The notes under the pieces were generated by a model that searched no databases, was not told the origin of the DNA, and saw nothing but the letters and a program-made list of their open reading frames with translations. Position numbers and translations under genes: made by a program. Below, piece after piece: positions 9,122 through 18,883 of a DNA stretch of 64,000 nt. The stretch is from the IMG/VR virus record IMGVR_UViG_3300044833_000182, positions 1 through 64,000 of that record; one strand, 5' to 3'. The stretch's first letter is position 1. Each line of letters starts with the position of its first letter. Source of the DNA: a virus.

Positions 9122-10525
9122 ATGCCAGGACTCATGGATCAGTTGACGGAGAACAACCGCAAGCTGGACGAACAGCGTGCGTTGATTCAGCAGGGGCGCG
9201 CCGCGCGCCACACCGGAGCGGTCCCCGACCGCGCGCCGCGCGCCCGCCGCGGCGAGAACATCATGTCCAGCCGGGGGTTTCAGATCGGCAAGGTGATCGG
9301 CGTCGTCGGCAAGAACGCCAAGATGCGTCGCGACGAAGCGAAGATCGAACTGGAATTCTGTGACCGGCTGAACAACCAGATGGCCGCGCAGGGCTGGCGC
9401 GGCGAGCACCCCGACGGCGTCCTCATTCCCATCTGGCCCGACGGCTTCGACGAGAAATCCCTCGACACGGCGACCTGGAAGGAGATGAAGGACCTCCTCT
9501 ATGCGGGCGTCGATGGGGCCGACGAAGGGGAGATGCAGTGGCTGCGCGGCCAGTACGGTCAGAAGGCCGCTATCTCTCCGTCGATGTCCTGGAACGACCA
9601 GACCACCGGCGGCAGCTTTGTTGGCCCGCCCACGTTCGGGCCGCCCATCGAACTCCTGCGGGCGAAAGAGGCCATGCTCCAGGCGGGGGCTTCCCTCGTC
9701 CCTCTGGGGCCGACGGGTTCGCTGGCCATGCCACGCCTCGCGGCCGCGACCACGGGCGGATGGATCGGCGAGAATACGCAGGCAAGCGCGACCCCGCCGA
9801 AGACCGGCTCGCTGCTCCTCCGCGCGAAGAAGGCGTTCGGCATCGTCGCGTTCGCGGCCGAATTCCTCCGCTTCGGTTCGCCCGCGGCCGAAATGATCGT
9901 CCGCAACGACCTCATGCTGACCGTGTCGCTCGTCGCCGATAAGGGTCTGCTCGACGGTCCCGGCTCGGACAACGTCCCCCTGGGTCTCGCCACGATGGGC
10001 GCCGCCGCGGGCAACCCCTACGGCATCACCATCGTCACGCCGGCCAACGCCAACCAGCTTGCCCCGCAGGACGTGTACAAGTTTATCAGCGGCATCGAGG
10101 AAGCCAATGGGACCATGACGGCGTGGATCATGCGCCCCTCCATGTGCTGGTCGATCTACGGCGCCCGCTGGACGCCCTACTCCGGCGGCACGTCTCAGGG
10201 CGGCTTCATGTTCGAACTGATGCGCGGCATGGGCGACGAGATGGACGCCTACCTGTCCGGCCACAAGGTCGTCCGCAGCACGCAGGTCAGCAACAACCGC
10301 GGCGTGACCGATCACTCGCGGACCTACATCCTCGGTCTGAACGGCCCCAACTACCTGATGGGCGTCTTCGGTGCAATCGAGGTGATGACCACCGCCGAGG
10401 GATGGAACCTCGTCAGTTCGGACCAGGTAGCCGTGAGGGCGCTGATGCACGTCGATGGGGGCATGCGCAACAACGCCGAGTGTGCTTTCATGGACCTGAT
10501 CAACCCTGCCGTCGTGGCTGGTTGA
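9122..10525 (+). CDS. Major capsid protein (HK97 fold)
   Basis: TGGSFVGP, IELLRAK, GWIGEN, DKGLLDGPGSDNVPLG, DQVAVRALMHVDGG. Confidence 0.9.
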   Translation: MPGLMDQLTENNRKLDEQRALIQQGRAARHTGAVPDRAPRARRGENIMSSRGFQIGKVIGVVGKNAKMRRDEAKIELEFCDRLNNQMAAQGWRGEHPDGVLIPIWPDGFDEKSLDTATWKEMKDLLYAGVDGADEGEMQWLRGQYGQKAAISPSMSWNDQTTGGSFVGPPTFGPPIELLRAKEAMLQAGASLVPLGPTGSLAMPRLAAATTGGWIGENTQASATPPKTGSLLLRAKKAFGIVAFAAEFLRFGSPAAEMIVRNDLMLTVSLVADKGLLDGPGSDNVPLGLATMGAAAGNPYGITIVTPANANQLAPQDVYKFISGIEEANGTMTAWIMRPSMCWSIYGARWTPYSGGTSQGGFMFELMRGMGDEMDAYLSGHKVVRSTQVSNNRGVTDHSRTYILGLNGPNYLMGVFGAIEVMTTAEGWNLVSSDQVAVRALMHVDGGMRNNAECAFMDLINPAVVAG

Positions 10526-10543
10526 TCCCAATTGTACTTCGTT

Positions 10544-10569
10544 GGTTGAAGCGGCCCACCGCTTCAACT
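10544..10569 (+). terminator. Stem-loop after capsid gene (attenuator or mRNA stabiliser)
   Basis: GGTTGAAGCGG-CCCA-CCGCTTCAACT; no U-tract. Confidence 0.45.
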
Positions 10570-10591
10570 ACCCAATCAGGAGGTATTTTCC

Positions 10592-11029
10592 ATGCTGGTT
10601 GATTTGGTCAATGAGGTGCTGTGCGCCCAGGCGCTTCCTCCGCAGATCCTGACCGCGACGGCGCAAGGCTCTGCCATCGACATGTCCGACTGCCTCGCCG
10701 GAACCGGCGCCATCATCGACGTGGGCGCCATCACGGCTGCCAACGTGACCTCGCTCGTGGTGCAGATCGAGGAGTGTGCCACGACCAACGGAACCTTCAC
10801 GGCGATTCCCGGCATGGTGGCCACCATCACGGCGACCACCACGCCGGGCAACCTGCACCAGGTGGTTCGCGGTCTGCGCACGCAGCAGTTCGCCCGCGCC
10901 AACGCCGCCACGTTCGCGGCAACCACGACCACGGGGGCATTCCCCGTCAACGTGGAAATCGTGGCACAGAAGAAGTACGTGGGCATTGCGGGCCAACTGG
11001 GAGGCTTCGACAACTATCCGGGGACGTAG
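10592..11029 (+). CDS. Putative head decoration/structural protein
   Basis: Follows capsid gene; beta-rich; GSAIDM motif. Confidence 0.55.
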   Translation: MLVDLVNEVLCAQALPPQILTATAQGSAIDMSDCLAGTGAIIDVGAITAANVTSLVVQIEECATTNGTFTAIPGMVATITATTTPGNLHQVVRGLRTQQFARANAATFAATTTTGAFPVNVEIVAQKKYVGIAGQLGGFDNYPGT

Positions 11030-11082
11030 GCAGTAGAAATATCGCCCATATACTCTTTTATGCAGAAAGGAGAACAGAGCGG

Positions 11083-11880
11083 ATGCCGCGTTACAAGGTC
11101 GCTCTGGGGATTCTGGCGGTCGGCGGGCAGGAACGGTGCGAGGTGGGCTCGTTCCGCGAGACGGCGGCGGTTCACTGCGCCGGCCGCGCCGATATGGACC
11201 TGATCACCATACCCATTGCGCGGACGCCGACGCCCATTGCGCGCAACGTGCTGGTGAAGGTCGCGCGGGAGCATGGCTGCGATTTCCTGGTCATGCTCGA
11301 CGAGGATATGGGAGTGCCGCCTGCGTTCTTCAAGGAGGCGCTCGCGTTCCTCGTCAAGCATCCCGGCCCGGCAGCCATCGGCGTTCCCTACTGCACGTCC
11401 TCGCCGCGCGAGGACGTGCTGGTGTTCGAGCATGCTGCCGCTGAGAGCGGCGCGCCCGGCGCTGCGTGGGCTATCACGAACGTCGTGCGGGAGGACGCAG
11501 CGCGGCGAACTGGGATTGAAGAGTGCGCCAACATCGGGACAGGGTGTATCGCATACTCCATGTCCTTTTTCAACGCCCTGACGCTGCCGTACTTCGATTA
11601 CAGCTACAACGAGGATCACACACAGGTTATTGAAACCGAAGACTGTTACTGTCACCGGCGCGCCTGGCAGAAGGGCCTTGACCTCTTCGTCCATTGGGAT
11701 TTCTGGGGGAATCACTACAAGCTGAAGCGCGTGTCGAAGCCTATTCCGATTGGGCGTGATGATGTAGTCAAGGCGTTTGCCCGCGACGCTCAAGCGGTTG
11801 ATCGGTTGGCCGCAAGGGGGCAACGCCAAGCAGTCAATGGCACGTTGTCTGTGCGTGGCAACGGCTGCAAAGTGGAGTGA
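11083..11880 (+). CDS. Glycosyltransferase (GT-A fold)
   Basis: IARNVLVK, FLVMLDEDM (DxD), IGTGCIAY, TEDCYC. Confidence 0.7.
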   Translation: MPRYKVALGILAVGGQERCEVGSFRETAAVHCAGRADMDLITIPIARTPTPIARNVLVKVAREHGCDFLVMLDEDMGVPPAFFKEALAFLVKHPGPAAIGVPYCTSSPREDVLVFEHAAAESGAPGAAWAITNVVREDAARRTGIEECANIGTGCIAYSMSFFNALTLPYFDYSYNEDHTQVIETEDCYCHRRAWQKGLDLFVHWDFWGNHYKLKRVSKPIPIGRDDVVKAFARDAQAVDRLAARGQRQAVNGTLSVRGNGCKVE

Positions 11881-12697
11881 TTTCAAGCCAATGAGCGCTG
11901 TCGAATCCCTTGTGATGCTGATACTTCTTTGCCTGCATCCCGCAGCGGGAACAGGGGAGAGAAGCGGCGCGCGGCAAGACGCCAGCCTTCACGGCGCAGG
12001 TGACTGCGTGGTAAGCCTTCCTGCGGATTGCAAGGGGAACGGTTTCCCGTCTCGCCGGAGCAAAGAGTTCGGGAGAAACGGGCCAACCGTAGTCAACCAG
12101 CCGATTGTAGATGGTGACAGTGGGAATGCCGAATTCTCTACCCCACTGGGTAATCGTCTGGGTTCTCCCATTGTAGATAATCAGGTGGTTGTTTCGCTTG
12201 TTGCTTTCTTGCTCGATCCGGGTAGCCCAGCGAACGTTGCCTGGTTCGTAGTGACCATCGTTGTTGATCCGGTCAAGGCTGTGTTTCTTGCTCGGCTTCG
12301 GGCCAACGTCCGCAAGGAAATCGACGAAGGATGTACGCCAACGGTCGCAGACGCGAATGCCGCGAGCGCCGTAGTCGGCATAGGACTTGAGGTTCTCGTT
12401 CTGGCATCGCTGGATCATGTCCGCCCAGGCACCGTATTCGGGAGGACGCTTTTCTCCTCTCCGGAGAAGACCGTGCGTGGTTCGTTTTTCCTTGGCAAGG
12501 CATCCACACGACCGGGTGTTGCGGCTTTGCAGACAGTTGCCGATGACGATGACTTCAGCGCCGCAAGTACAGCGGCAAAGCCATCGAAGTTTTCCGGATG
12601 GGGAGCGGTCTGCGAAAGCGAGAATCACGAGTCGGTCGAACTCGTCGCCGACCTTGATTTTCTGTCGCTGTTTTCGGGTAGAATGGCTTTCACCCAT
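11834..12697 (-). CDS. Free-standing HNH homing-type endonuclease with two His/Cys modules
   Basis: WLCRCTCG, SCGC, YGARGIRVCDRW, SLDRINNDGHYEPGNVRWAT; C-terminal CSRC..HH..LCSRCH. Confidence 0.85.
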   Translation of the reverse strand: MGESHSTRKQRQKIKVGDEFDRLVILAFADRSPSGKLRWLCRCTCGAEVIVIGNCLQSRNTRSCGCLAKEKRTTHGLLRRGEKRPPEYGAWADMIQRCQNENLKSYADYGARGIRVCDRWRTSFVDFLADVGPKPSKKHSLDRINNDGHYEPGNVRWATRIEQESNKRNNHLIIYNGRTQTITQWGREFGIPTVTIYNRLVDYGWPVSPELFAPARRETVPLAIRRKAYHAVTCAVKAGVLPRAASLPCSRCGMQAKKYQHHKGFDSAHWLEITPLCSRCHAQTTCH

Positions 12698-12820
12698 GAC
12701 GTGCCTGCCTCCAACAGGTGCTTCGTGGCCAGAGCCGGCCGGCGTGCCAACAACACGCCCCGGCTCGCTTATTCTACCCTACCAAACACGATTCAACCAT
12801 CTCGGGAGGAAGATAATTCC

Positions 12821-13657
12821 ATGCTCATTGATCTGGTGAACAACGACCATGAGAAGATCCCATCGCGTCAGGAACCGCGCGAGATCGTCTTGACTCGTGA
12901 TCAGGTCTTCAACAACTCCATCGACCTGACGAGCGCGCGGCTGTGGAAGACAGCGCAAGAGGAGTACGCCGCCAAATGCTCCCGCGTCATCCCGGCTTAC
13001 GACCTCGCCGTGAATCCCAACGGCGAACCCTTCCCGCCGCCCGTCGCCGCCGAGTGGGCGCGCACCGTGGAAGGCTGGATGCACCCTGAAGAACTCATCT
13101 GGCTGGCGGAACAGGCGGCGAGACTTCAGCCGGGCGACGTGTGGGTGGAAGTGGGGGCATGGAAGGGGAGGAGCACGGCGGCGGTGGTGCTGGCGGCTGG
13201 CAAGGATGTCGTTGTCTGCACTGTGGATACGTTTGCGGGATCGCAAGAGCACATCGCGGCTGGCCTGTCCGTCAACGACCTGCGCGACTGTTTCCTGAAG
13301 ACGCGCGAGAAACTGGGTTGGCTGCGACCGAACGGTCCGGATCTGCTGATGCACTCGGGTTATTCTGTTCCGGTGGCCGTACTGTTTGATGATGCGTCCT
13401 GCGCCGCCGTCTTCATTGACGCCGCCCACGATTACGCCAGCGTCAAAGCCGACCTGGAAGTCTGGTTGCCGAAGGTGAAGCCGGGCGGATTGCTCGCAGG
13501 ACACGACCGCAACGAGCCAGGCGTGCGGCAGGCGCTGAACGACGCACTGGGCGGCGGGCAAGTCCACGACGGCCCCGGGTCGCTCTGGTGGATGCGCGTC
13601 GCGGCGGTGGAGACCGTGGCGTCGGGCAACGGTCAGAAGATCACAGCAGAGGGGTGA
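12821..13657 (+). CDS. Class I SAM-dependent methyltransferase (Methyltransf_24-like)
   Basis: VEVGAWKGRST, FIDAAHDY, VKPGGLLAGHD; RBS before ATG 12821. Confidence 0.85.
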   Translation: MLIDLVNNDHEKIPSRQEPREIVLTRDQVFNNSIDLTSARLWKTAQEEYAAKCSRVIPAYDLAVNPNGEPFPPPVAAEWARTVEGWMHPEELIWLAEQAARLQPGDVWVEVGAWKGRSTAAVVLAAGKDVVVCTVDTFAGSQEHIAAGLSVNDLRDCFLKTREKLGWLRPNGPDLLMHSGYSVPVAVLFDDASCAAVFIDAAHDYASVKADLEVWLPKVKPGGLLAGHDRNEPGVRQALNDALGGGQVHDGPGSLWWMRVAAVETVASGNGQKITAEG

Positions 13658-13660
13658 GAC

Positions 13661-14551
13661 GTGCCGTTGCAGCCGAATCCTGACCAGTTAACGTCCGCCC
13701 CTGCTGTCAAGGGTGTGCTCGGTATTGCCCAGAACGATCCGTCTTTCGATACGTTGCTTGGCATACTCATCAACGAAGCCAGCGCCTTGATTGGCGAGTC
13801 GCTGAACCGAGACGTTCTCCTGGCGAGCAATGCGGCCAACCCGATCACGGAGTTTCCCGTCGCTCGCGGCGGCGCCTGGCTGATGCTGGATAACGCGCCG
13901 ATCCAGGCGCCGATCCTCACCGGGACGACGGTTGCAGGGAGCGCGGTCGTGACAGGACTGTCAAGCACGCGATACCTCTTTCCCGGCCAGTGCGTCAGCG
14001 GAGTGAATCTGGCAAGCCAGGGCAGTTTCATCCTCAGCGTGGACAGCGCCTCGCAAGTCACGTTGAACGCGCCGGCAACGGCCAGCGGAACGGGTTCTCT
14101 GGTCTTCGGCATGGGTCTCTGGCTGGACAATGATGGGTATTACGGCTCGGTCCCGGGATCGTTCGGTGCCGGCACACAGCTTTTCGAGGGAAGCGATTTC
14201 GCGATTCCACGCGACGACACCGGCATGATCTTGCGGAGAAACGGCGTGTGGAACGTGCGATACACACGGGAGCGCGACGACCTGTCCGGGCAGCAAACAA
14301 CCGGCGGCGTGGGCAACATCAAGGCGATTTATTGCGCCGGCTGGCCGTCGGTTCCGGGCGACCTGGCTCTGGCCTGCGAACGGGTGATCGCGAAGGCGCG
14401 ACGGACGACGGCGTGGGGGGAGTTGTTGCAAACTCAGTCCTACGAGGGCGCTAGCTGGAGTGCGGTACAGAATGAGATGCGATTGGGCCTTCTTGGCGGC
14501 GACGTGGCGCCGATCCTGGCGCGGAGGCGGCTGTCGGGGTTGGGAGTGTAA
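13661..14551 (+). CDS. Head-tail connector (gp6-like) with inserted beta domain
   Basis: VKGVLGI..DTLLGILINEAS and IYCAGWPSVPGDLALAC. Confidence 0.65.
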   Translation: MPLQPNPDQLTSAPAVKGVLGIAQNDPSFDTLLGILINEASALIGESLNRDVLLASNAANPITEFPVARGGAWLMLDNAPIQAPILTGTTVAGSAVVTGLSSTRYLFPGQCVSGVNLASQGSFILSVDSASQVTLNAPATASGTGSLVFGMGLWLDNDGYYGSVPGSFGAGTQLFEGSDFAIPRDDTGMILRRNGVWNVRYTRERDDLSGQQTTGGVGNIKAIYCAGWPSVPGDLALACERVIAKARRTTAWGELLQTQSYEGASWSAVQNEMRLGLLGGDVAPILARRRLSGLGV

Positions 14552-14563
14552 AAGGAGGATGGC

Positions 14564-14947
14564 GTGGATCGGTTGCTTGCTCGCAACTTCTGGCTGACGA
14601 CCGTGCCAGGGCAGGAGGCTATGACCCTCCAATCCCGCACCAGCAACACCGCCTCCACGTTCGCGAGTTACGCCGTGCCGCGGGCGAAGAGGCGGCCGCT
14701 GACGGTAGCCGAGAGACAGATGGTGGGGGCGCTGCTGGGTACGGCGGAAATGGTCATCGAGGTATGGCGCGAGGCCCTTGACAACGCTGTGCCCGTCGCT
14801 CCGGCCGTTGCTCCCTGCCCGCGGCCGAAGCCAGGGGACGTGTGGACCGACACCTCGGGAATGAATTTGGTCATACTTCCCGCAGGAGTGGAAATGGGGT
14901 TGATGGACCAGAGGTTCAGGTGCTTCGTACAGCAAAAAACGGCGTGA
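14564..14947 (+). CDS. Putative head closure protein
   Basis: Position and size. Confidence 0.45.
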   Translation: MDRLLARNFWLTTVPGQEAMTLQSRTSNTASTFASYAVPRAKRRPLTVAERQMVGALLGTAEMVIEVWREALDNAVPVAPAVAPCPRPKPGDVWTDTSGMNLVILPAGVEMGLMDQRFRCFVQQKTA

Positions 14948-14953
14948 TTGTTC

Positions 14954-15685
14954 ATGAGTGCTACCCTCCTTATCTCTGATAATCTGGACGGCACAGGTGG
15001 AGTTGCCGTAGTTTCCGGCAGCGCCGGCGGCAGCACGAACAGCGTCTATTGCGCCACGTTCGCTGCGGGAATGGGGGTGCTGCCCTGGACGCTTGCCGGC
15101 AGCCGCACGGGGGACGGGACTTTCGCGGTTGCTCCGGGGACCGGGTATTACCTCTGGTATCTGGACAGTCTCTCGGGCGGCTCGCATGCAGTCGCGCCGC
15201 CGGTCTTCCAGAACCTGACGAACGCGACGCAGTCGGTTCACTACCGCTGCATGGTCGGCACGCAGTCGCTGATCCAGGCCCTCGCCCTACCCTCGCTGCC
15301 GTCGAGCCACGTCGGGCTGAAATGGTTGATTCAGTACCAGCAGGGCACGGATAAGCCGCTGCCGGTTATTATGATCGCCCCTATCGGCAAGGAAGGACAG
15401 CCTGGACTCCTGACGGGCCTGGACGACATCGAGTATCCGGTTGTTGTTGCCATTGTGGACGCAGGCAACAGCGACTTCACGCTGAACTTGCCCCTGCGGA
15501 CACTGTGGCGGCAGGGGATCTTCCGGATGCTGAGGCATCAGCGGCTGTCCGGTGTTCCAGAGATCGTCACGACCGACGTGGAACCCGATTTCGTGGTCGA
15601 TCCGGCGTGGTTCGCGAAGAACTATTTCTATTCGGCGATCCTGTTCAAGTTCAGGTCGAGAGAGCCCAGAGGCTTCGGAAGGTAA
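14954..15685 (+). CDS. Putative neck/tail terminator protein
   Basis: Position directly before tail tube. Confidence 0.45.
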   Translation: MSATLLISDNLDGTGGVAVVSGSAGGSTNSVYCATFAAGMGVLPWTLAGSRTGDGTFAVAPGTGYYLWYLDSLSGGSHAVAPPVFQNLTNATQSVHYRCMVGTQSLIQALALPSLPSSHVGLKWLIQYQQGTDKPLPVIMIAPIGKEGQPGLLTGLDDIEYPVVVAIVDAGNSDFTLNLPLRTLWRQGIFRMLRHQRLSGVPEIVTTDVEPDFVVDPAWFAKNYFYSAILFKFRSREPRGFGR

Positions 15686-15694
15686 GGAGGCGTC

Positions 15695-16561
15695 ATGAGT
15701 GGAAGCTACGGCTACGCATCCCAACTTGGGATCGACAGCACCAACCCGATCACGAAGCGCTTCGACTTCCAGAGCGAGAGCCTCGTCTGTGACGAGAACT
15801 TCGCGGACCTCAACGGCATGCGCGGCACGCGGTCGCGAGACATCAGCCGCGTTCGTCAGGGAAACCGCCGCGTTCACGGCCCGCTCCATTTTTTCCCGAC
15901 GACGCAGGAACTGGCCTACCTCCTGCCGTGGTGTTTCGGGGCGGCCGCCAGCGGCACGACGTACGCGCTGGCCGACAGCCTGCCAACGCGATTTGTCAAC
16001 GTGGACCGGGTGAACAACAGATTCACCTATAACGGATGTGTTGTGGATAAAGTTACTTTCCACGGTAGCGAGGGCAACGGGCTTGCGGTCAACATCGACG
16101 TGATCGGCATTGACGAAACGCCGTCCGCGACGGCGTTCCCGACGATCGCTCTCGACACGACCACGCCGCCCTTGATGTTCACAGATCTGGTGCTGGTGTT
16201 CAACAGCATCACCTACAACTGCAAGGAATTCACCCTTGAAGTCAACAACGACATTGACAAGGACCGCTTCTTCAACAGTCAAACTCTGACCAGCGGCTTC
16301 CCGCGCGACCGGCATGTCACGATCACGCATCCGCTGCCCTACGGCGACGCCAGCGCTTCGTACAACCCAGGCGTTGCGGGCGTGGCGGTGACTTGCACGT
16401 TTACGGCGGGGGCTCACATCCTGACGTTTTCACTGGCCAACGTCGCCTATCCGCGCAAGAGCCCCAGCGTTGCCGGTCGCCAGGAAATACTTTTGCCGAT
16501 GGTGGGCCAGGCGCTCAAGGGTTCGGGAACCTTGGAGCTTGTCACGACACTTGTCATATAG
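15695..16561 (+). CDS. Tail tube protein
   Basis: Size, VNVDRV..FTYNGCVVDKVTF, EFTLEVNN; precedes chaperone. Confidence 0.75.
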   Translation: MSGSYGYASQLGIDSTNPITKRFDFQSESLVCDENFADLNGMRGTRSRDISRVRQGNRRVHGPLHFFPTTQELAYLLPWCFGAAASGTTYALADSLPTRFVNVDRVNNRFTYNGCVVDKVTFHGSEGNGLAVNIDVIGIDETPSATAFPTIALDTTTPPLMFTDLVLVFNSITYNCKEFTLEVNNDIDKDRFFNSQTLTSGFPRDRHVTITHPLPYGDASASYNPGVAGVAVTCTFTAGAHILTFSLANVAYPRKSPSVAGRQEILLPMVGQALKGSGTLELVTTLVI

Positions 16562-16571
16562 AGGAGGGTTC

Positions 16572-16913
16572 ATGGCTGGATTGCTGATTCTGGACGGGTT
16601 CACCCTGACGGCAAAGATCGCGGCCCGCGGCCCGTGGCCGGCGCTGACGTGTCGCTATCGCGTCGCCTTGCCCGCGGCGGTTATGACCTACTCGGAGGAT
16701 TCCCGGCCGTCCGCTGCCGCCCGCATGGCGGCGACTGTCAAACTGCTTGCCGACCATCTCGCTTCATGGGACGTGACAGACGACAAGGGGGAGGTTCTCC
16801 CGGTGACGGCTACGAACCTGCGCCGGGTGCCGATGGCGTACCTCGACGAGTTGGTCAACCATGTTTCCGGATATTCAAGCTCTGCTCAGGAGGAAGACGC
16901 AAAAAACTCCTGA
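16572..16913 (+). CDS. Tail assembly chaperone (gpG-like)
   Basis: HLASWDVTDDKGEVLPVT..NL motif; ends in slippery site. Confidence 0.75.
   Translation: MAGLLILDGFTLTAKIAARGPWPALTCRYRVALPAAVMTYSEDSRPSAAARMAATVKLLADHLASWDVTDDKGEVLPVTATNLRRVPMAYLDELVNHVSGYSSSAQEEDAKNS
16901..16907 (+). promoter_or_regulatory. -1 programmed ribosomal frameshift site A AAA AAC
   Basis: X XXY YYZ heptamer just before the stop; -1 frame open to 17305. Confidence 0.8.
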
Positions 16914-17305
16914 CGACGGTGGTGATTCAGCGCTTCCACCCGGAATTCGCCGGGCGCACCTGTGCGGATTGCAAGCGCTGGCTCTACCGTCCCGACGGCT
17001 CAAAGATGGTTCGCGGCCGGCCGCAAGACGGCGGCCTACCTCTGGCCCGGCCGCCCGGACAACCGACGCCGTGCCATGAATGTCCGAAGGTTCCCGATGA
17101 CGCGCCGGAACGGACCAGCCACTACGCGATCGAGCCGAGCGAAAAGAGTAAACAAGCGTATCAGCACTACCTGGAGTGCGCGGCCGTGGGAAACTTTCCA
17201 GACGATCCGCTGGTCAAATGCAACGCCCGGATTATCCGGCAGGTGGAGCAGGCGTGGGAGCGGGCGCCGCTGCAACGGTTGCTGGCGCTGCTGACGAGGG
17301 CTTGA
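16907..17305 (+). CDS. Frameshift extension of tail chaperone (gpT-like)
   Basis: -1 frame ORF with CADC/CHEC motifs, ends next to the tape measure start. Confidence 0.7.
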   Translation, partial: LLTTVVIQRFHPEFAGRTCADCKRWLYRPDGSKMVRGRPQDGGLPLARPPGQPTPCHECPKVPDDAPERTSHYAIEPSEKSKQAYQHYLECAAVGNFPDDPLVKCNARIIRQVEQAWERAPLQRLLALLTRA

Positions 17306-17306
17306 G

Positions 17307-18866
17307 ATGGCGACGCTGCAAGACCTTATCGACGCAACGCACGGCGTGGCCGCGAGCGTACAGACGCTCGACAAGCGCATTGCCGAATCGCCGCTGATGA
17401 AGGCGGCAGGCCCTCCCCCCGGTGCAGCGCCATCGTGGATGACTTCTCTGCCCAGCGCCTTTCAGCAAGCCGGCAGCGGCCTCGGTGGTATCGCTGGGCT
17501 GGCCGGGAAGGGATTGGGGCAGGCACTGGGAGGCGCTGCCGGGGCAGGAGCGGCCGGGGCTGCCGGCGCGACTTACCTTGCTGCCACGGAAGCGATCGGC
17601 AAGACGGCGCAGGCGATGGAGATATTCGGCAATGGAGCACTGACGAGTCAGCAGAAGATGGATCGCTTCGCCTCGGAATTCGTCCCCGGGGCGCGGGCGC
17701 TGATCGAGTTCCGCGACGCGCTGAGCGGGACAAACGAGGCGATCCGCAAGGCGAAGGTGGAGTACCAGTTTCGCGGTCTGGAACAGCAGAGTCAGTTTCG
17801 CCAGCGTCAGGTGGTGTTGCAGGGGGCGGCAGACGTTGCCCTGCAAACCGGTCGAGCAACAGCCTTCGGGGCAATCCCTGTTGCCCCGACGCCTCTTGGA
17901 GATCGGGCGAGTTGGCAAGGCGATTTGGCGCACCAAGAAGCGCTGAGAAGAATGGAGAGGCAGGACGAGATCGCCCGTGCCCGTGCCGAAGTTGGCGGAG
18001 CGGGTGCTGCGCTGGAGGCGAGCCAGAAGCGCCTGGGCGGGCTGAAGGAGGAGGGGGCTGGCGCACAAGGGGAACTGGATCGCCAGATGCGCCGGCTGAA
18101 GTTTGAGCAAGGCAGAGAGCAGGACACTCCCGAGTCACGCGCGCGGATGGCCGGAGCGTATCGTCACTTCGGGGCCGGCCGGAACGAGGCTGACTTTCTC
18201 GCCAGGATCGGCGGCGGGAACATCGAAAACAAGGCGGGCATCGTTGGCGCCGGCCTCAAGGCGCAGTCGGCCGCCGTGGACGCGGCGAACGCCGAGAAGC
18301 TGATTCAGGGTGAGATCGTCAGACAAAAGGAGCTGGGCGTTCAATTCGCCGAGAAGGAAAGCGCCTTGCGGAAGGCGCAGATCGGTGCGGCCCGCGAGGA
18401 GTTGAGCATCCTCAAGAACCGTGCATCCCTCCTCTCCACGCAAGCCGTTCGTGCGGGTGGAATGCAGGAGTGGGAAGGGCAGCAGAGTTTGCAGGCCGCG
18501 CGGTTCATCAAGGAACACGGCCTTGGCGCTGCGCCGGCTTTCATCCAACAGCAAGCCGGGGCGGCTTTCCCCGAGTGGCTGGCCAAGGAACGTGAGAAGT
18601 ACGGCCAGACGGTCGGGTGGCACAAGGAAGGAGTGGCGGAAGGGTTCGGCTTGAAGGGCGATCTGAAAGAGGCGCGTGCGGCAGAGGCGAAGGTGAGTAC
18701 GGAGGTTCGTATCGCGGTCAACCTCGACACGGCCATCCTGGCAAGGGAAACCGCAGCGGCGCTCACCGGCTTCGTGCGCGAGATGATCCTGAGCATCAAG
18801 GCAGAGATGGGCGACCTGAAGAAGGCGATGGAGGCGGGGAATATCGTTCGCAACCGGGGCGGGTGA
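17307..18866 (+). CDS. Tape measure protein (short, 519 aa)
   Basis: Ala/Gly/Gln-rich helical protein after chaperones. Confidence 0.7.
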   Translation: MATLQDLIDATHGVAASVQTLDKRIAESPLMKAAGPPPGAAPSWMTSLPSAFQQAGSGLGGIAGLAGKGLGQALGGAAGAGAAGAAGATYLAATEAIGKTAQAMEIFGNGALTSQQKMDRFASEFVPGARALIEFRDALSGTNEAIRKAKVEYQFRGLEQQSQFRQRQVVLQGAADVALQTGRATAFGAIPVAPTPLGDRASWQGDLAHQEALRRMERQDEIARARAEVGGAGAALEASQKRLGGLKEEGAGAQGELDRQMRRLKFEQGREQDTPESRARMAGAYRHFGAGRNEADFLARIGGGNIENKAGIVGAGLKAQSAAVDAANAEKLIQGEIVRQKELGVQFAEKESALRKAQIGAAREELSILKNRASLLSTQAVRAGGMQEWEGQQSLQAARFIKEHGLGAAPAFIQQQAGAAFPEWLAKEREKYGQTVGWHKEGVAEGFGLKGDLKEARAAEAKVSTEVRIAVNLDTAILARETAAALTGFVREMILSIKAEMGDLKKAMEAGNIVRNRGG

Positions 18867-18883
18867 TCAATGCTGGAGACGTG

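Noticed and set aside
848-10567. Long minus-strand ORFs opposite portal, protease and capsid
   Set aside because: Expected shadow ORFs in high-GC coding DNA; no motifs
11777-13657. 626-aa ORF as one protein
   Set aside because: First 348 codons are the antisense shadow of the HNH gene; the methyltransferase has its own RBS at 12821
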